Assembly (NCBI GenBank): GCA_905178155.1
Contig: CAJINV010000005.1
Coordinates: 7,996,515 to 8,060,514, forward strand
Direction of reading: 5' to 3'
Length of the DNA: 64,000 bases
Origin: Amoebophrya sp. A120
Taxonomy: Eukaryota; Protista; Dinoflagellata
Part shown: in pieces, positions 61,104 to 64,000 of the stretch
Position numbering within the stretch: the stretch's first letter is position 1
How the letters are laid out: every line of letters begins with the position of its first letter
The notes under the pieces: generated by a model
Seen by the model: the letters and a program-made list of their open reading frames with translations, nothing else
Databases searched by the model: none
Told to the model about the DNA's origin: nothing
Translations under genes and position numbers: made by a program

Positions 61104-64000
61104 TCACTGAAACCGGTCATCCTGATATCCTGAGCAAAAACATCGCCATCCCAGAATCAAGCTGGGGACTTTGCAACACAAACCGAGAAATTTTTGGAGT
61201 CACGCATGAGAAGTTGCAGTTCGTAGCGTAGTGCAAGTGCTGGTTGGCAAGAACAGCCGCATTACAAATCCAGCTGCATATCCTGTTTACAGCATTACAA
61301 ATTCCAAAACACGATAGCAAATTCCTATTATGGGGATGCGCATCACAAATGTTCTTCTCATTGCAATTCTGCATAACAACTGGGGGGTGGGGACGTTTTT
61401 ACACGGGATACCTGATCCAGGCCATCTAGCCCAGTTCTGTCGAGGTCGAAGTCGGGAAACTTTTCCGGCACAGTAACCGGTTTACTCTTCTGCTGTGCCT
61501 TGGAGCTCGTTCTCCCGTCTTGTTCGTATGTACTAGAAATCGGCAGAGTGTTTCTGTGTTCCGGGTGCTGCAAGAAAAACTGATCCAGCTCGGAAGCGAG
61601 CTGTTCCTGTACCTGTTTCCTCGAACTAGACGATCGGAGTTGTTCCACTTCTTCGGCCCTACTAGCACCGCCTTGGCCGTTCTGGAAATGGGGCATCGCC
61701 GCGTCAGCAGCATCAGCAGCAGCAGCCCCGGCAGAAGTCGCAAAATCTTCTTCGCTCGCAAGCAAAACCTTCTTGACCTCCTCGTGACGCGCGTATCAAG
61801 TGTAAAAATGTCTGGGTCTGGAAGAATGCAACCTGTCATGCTACATCTGAAGTATGCAAAAATCTGTGTTGCATGATTACCAAAAGTCGTCCAGTTTTGA
61901 CCAAGTCGGGAGGGGCTTTCTCATGCAGGATAGGCATGAGAGAGATCGCACAGAATCTGTCATGCTATGTCCTGCATTCCAGACCTCATGGGTCATGAAA
62001 AAGCTGCATGACAAACAAGTTCCACGCGTGGGGACAGGGTCCCCACGCTGGGGCCTTGTGCCCATCCCTAGTGGCGCTAGTGGGGGAAGGGTGTTCGGCA
62101 TCGGGGCGGACAGCGTCCGCCCCTCGCCTCACACCAGGCGCGCGCATAGTGGCTTAGTGCGCGAAGCACTAGTGGGGGAAGGGTGTTCGGCATCGGGGCG
62201 GACAGCGTCCGCCCCTCGCCTCACACCAGGCGCGCGTATAGTGGCTTAGTGCGCGAGGCACTAGTGGGGGAAGGGTGTTCGGCATCGGGGCGGACAGCGT
62301 CCGCCCCTCGCCTCACACTAGGCGCGGCGCGCATAGTGGCTTAGTGCGCGAAAGGGCCTTCACCTGTCGCGGCCACCTGTCGCAGCCACCTGTCGTGCCC
62401 ACCTGTGCTGGTCACCTGTCACGGTCACCTGTCGAGGTCACCTGTCGAGGTCACCTGTCAACGTCATCTGTCGCCGGGGGTATGCGTTACCAGAACCCGG
62501 AAGTCAAGCAATGTAAATATTAATCGCTCACTCTTCCAGACCCAGACATTTTTACATTTGATAGCGCGAGCAGGGCGTCAATTTCGTCCTTTTGCTGGAG
62601 TTCCCGCGGCTTCTCATCTTGCCGGACCTGCCGCTGACCGGTGGCGCCTCCATCGGAAAAAGTTCTTACTCCGTGCTGTTGTGTACCGGTACCCGCTTTC
62701 GTCGCCGCAGTTTGGAGCAAAACAGCTGCCGGGTTGGTAGTGGATCGCGACGCAGCCACCTGGTCATTTTGGAGCCGCGTTTGTGAAGACGATCCGGCAT
62801 ATGATTCTTGCTGATGTTCAAGTTCACAAGACAGGAGTTATTTTTTTGTCATTCTCATTGATGCAGATGCCTTATTTAAGAACAACAAAGGCAAAGCATG
62901 ACCACAAAGACAAAGAACTTGATGCTTATAAAAAATTTCCTACTGTCACTACAGATGAAACTGAAACGTGGTTCTCAGGACATTTGATGTAAGTCATCAA
63001 CTATCTAATCTACTTATACCGTGGCCTTGTTCATATGTAGGCGGCCAGCTGTGCTGGACCCGTCGTTGTAGAGATCAGGCCTAGTAGTTTCCGGCCCCCG
63101 CGCGCCCGCAGCTGCAGTTTTCCCGGCCTTTTTTTCCCCAGAAATTGTCGCAGATGCTCCTTTGTTTTTCGGCGGTAGCCGGTAGTTGTTCGTGATGCGA
63201 TTCAGGTAGAAATCAACGTCGCCAGAAGCGGAGGCAACGCGCTCGTCTTCGTGGGCCATTTGATCAGCTTTGAAGGATGTTGACGCAGCCCTTCTCGACG
63301 CAGGCAGCCCGCTTGACTTTGCCTCTCCTTCTTTGGTCCTGGTTCCGCCGAGGGCTTGTTCTATGAAAAGGAAAGATCCCCCCATATCGAAAACGAAATC
63401 TGTGATGTTGTATTTGAGTACACACATCGAATTGCATTGCTAGAAGGCCAAGAGCCGCAGTTGTGGCCTCGTTTGCAGGCAATTTGTCATGCTGTTTCCC
63501 ACTTCCAGCTGCCTCCTGTAATGCTGAAGATGCAAGGCTTTCCCACGCAACCCAGCACTACAGTCCGTATCTTTTCCCTTCTAGCATGACAAAGCTGATT
63601 TGTGACTACAAATCTGCATCACAGATTTCCGTTTTGATATGGGGAGGGGGGATTTTTCCTTTTGATATGTTCCCGAGTAGAACTACTGCTCGGCGCAGTC
63701 GTAACAATCACCGGCTCTGGAATTTCAATTGTCGGCGGCACTGGGTTATCAAATGTAAAAATGTCTGGGTCTGGAAACTTGTGATGCTGGTTGGCGTCTC
63801 ATGATGAGGCTACAAATGCTGGCTCAGCATGACAAGTTTCTGAGCTCCTAGGTGTTGCCTATTCTGCATGACAAACTGCCCTTCTGCATCACAGAAAAAC
63901 GGAGCTCTTGGGTAACGTGCATGACAGATTTAAGAGTCATGCCAGACAAGCATGACAAACATGAATTCTTCCAGACCCAGACATTTTTACAGTTGATATG
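61104..64000 (-). CDS. Hypothetical low-complexity protein, 5' end beyond window
   Basis: Frame traced across elements 61794 and 61126 and a GT-AG intron (about 62810-63019): ...DALLA|RHEEVKKVLLASEEDF...LDGLDQ|DDRFQ*. Two further elements (63362, 63747) lie in the upstream exons. Confidence 0.65.
61126..61410. mobile_element. Introner family B; empty paralogous sites at about 42018 and 43040
   Basis: TIRs; TSD cctga. Confidence 0.9.
61794..62563. mobile_element. Composite family A introner carrying GC-rich tandem repeats
   Basis: A TIRs; TSD gcgcg. Confidence 0.88.
62077..62352. repeat. 92-bp tandem repeat x3
   Basis: Units start at 62077, 62169 and 62261; internal hairpin ggggcggac-agc-gtccgcccc; followed by a cacctgtc minisatellite at 62361-62472. 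Confidence 0.92.
63362..63667. mobile_element. Introner family E
   Basis: TIRs; TSD tgttc. Confidence 0.9.
63747..63998. mobile_element. Introner family A, 252-bp subfamily
   Basis: TIRs; left flank tgggt, right flank cut by window edge (tg..). Confidence 0.88.

Noticed and set aside
62077-62352. tRNA gene array
   Set aside because: No cloverleaf or acceptor stem could be built by eye; box resemblance only.
149-63804. Many short ORFs sharing peptides such as [24 protein letters not shown] and MSGSGR
   Set aside because: These are translations of the TIR sequences, not a protein family or a transposase.

Overview
Eukaryotic nuclear DNA, not prokaryotic. The architecture fits the parasitic dinoflagellate relative Amoebophrya (Syndiniales); this assignment is recalled from published descriptions of its inverted-repeat 'introner' introns, not from a search. 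All recognisable genes lie on the minus strand: a large hypothetical protein, a Qa syntaxin, an AIFM2/FSP1-like flavin oxidoreductase, a GST/EF1Bgamma-fused asparaginyl-tRNA synthetase, and several orphan or degenerate genes. They are interrupted by about 76 MITE-like elements of at least 10 TIR families (mostly 150-330 bp, termini TAT...ATA, usually TAT-N7-AAA, 5-bp target-site duplication). Removing each exonic element plus exactly 5 nt restores the reading frame, with no GT-AG requirement and in either orientation. Ordinary GT-AG introns occur in the same genes. Less expected features: a 1.9-kb foldback hairpin acting as an in-frame intron, introners nested in introners, two long-TSD retro-like insertions at almost the same offset inside family-B introners, reciprocal filled and empty sites between paralogous segments, a predicted 1-nt exon in syntaxin, 6-bp TSDs only in non-coding positions, and a GCATGACAA/TTGTCATGC motif shared by canonical and non-canonical introns. 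No transposase is visible. Family letters are my own labels, and all coordinates were counted by hand.
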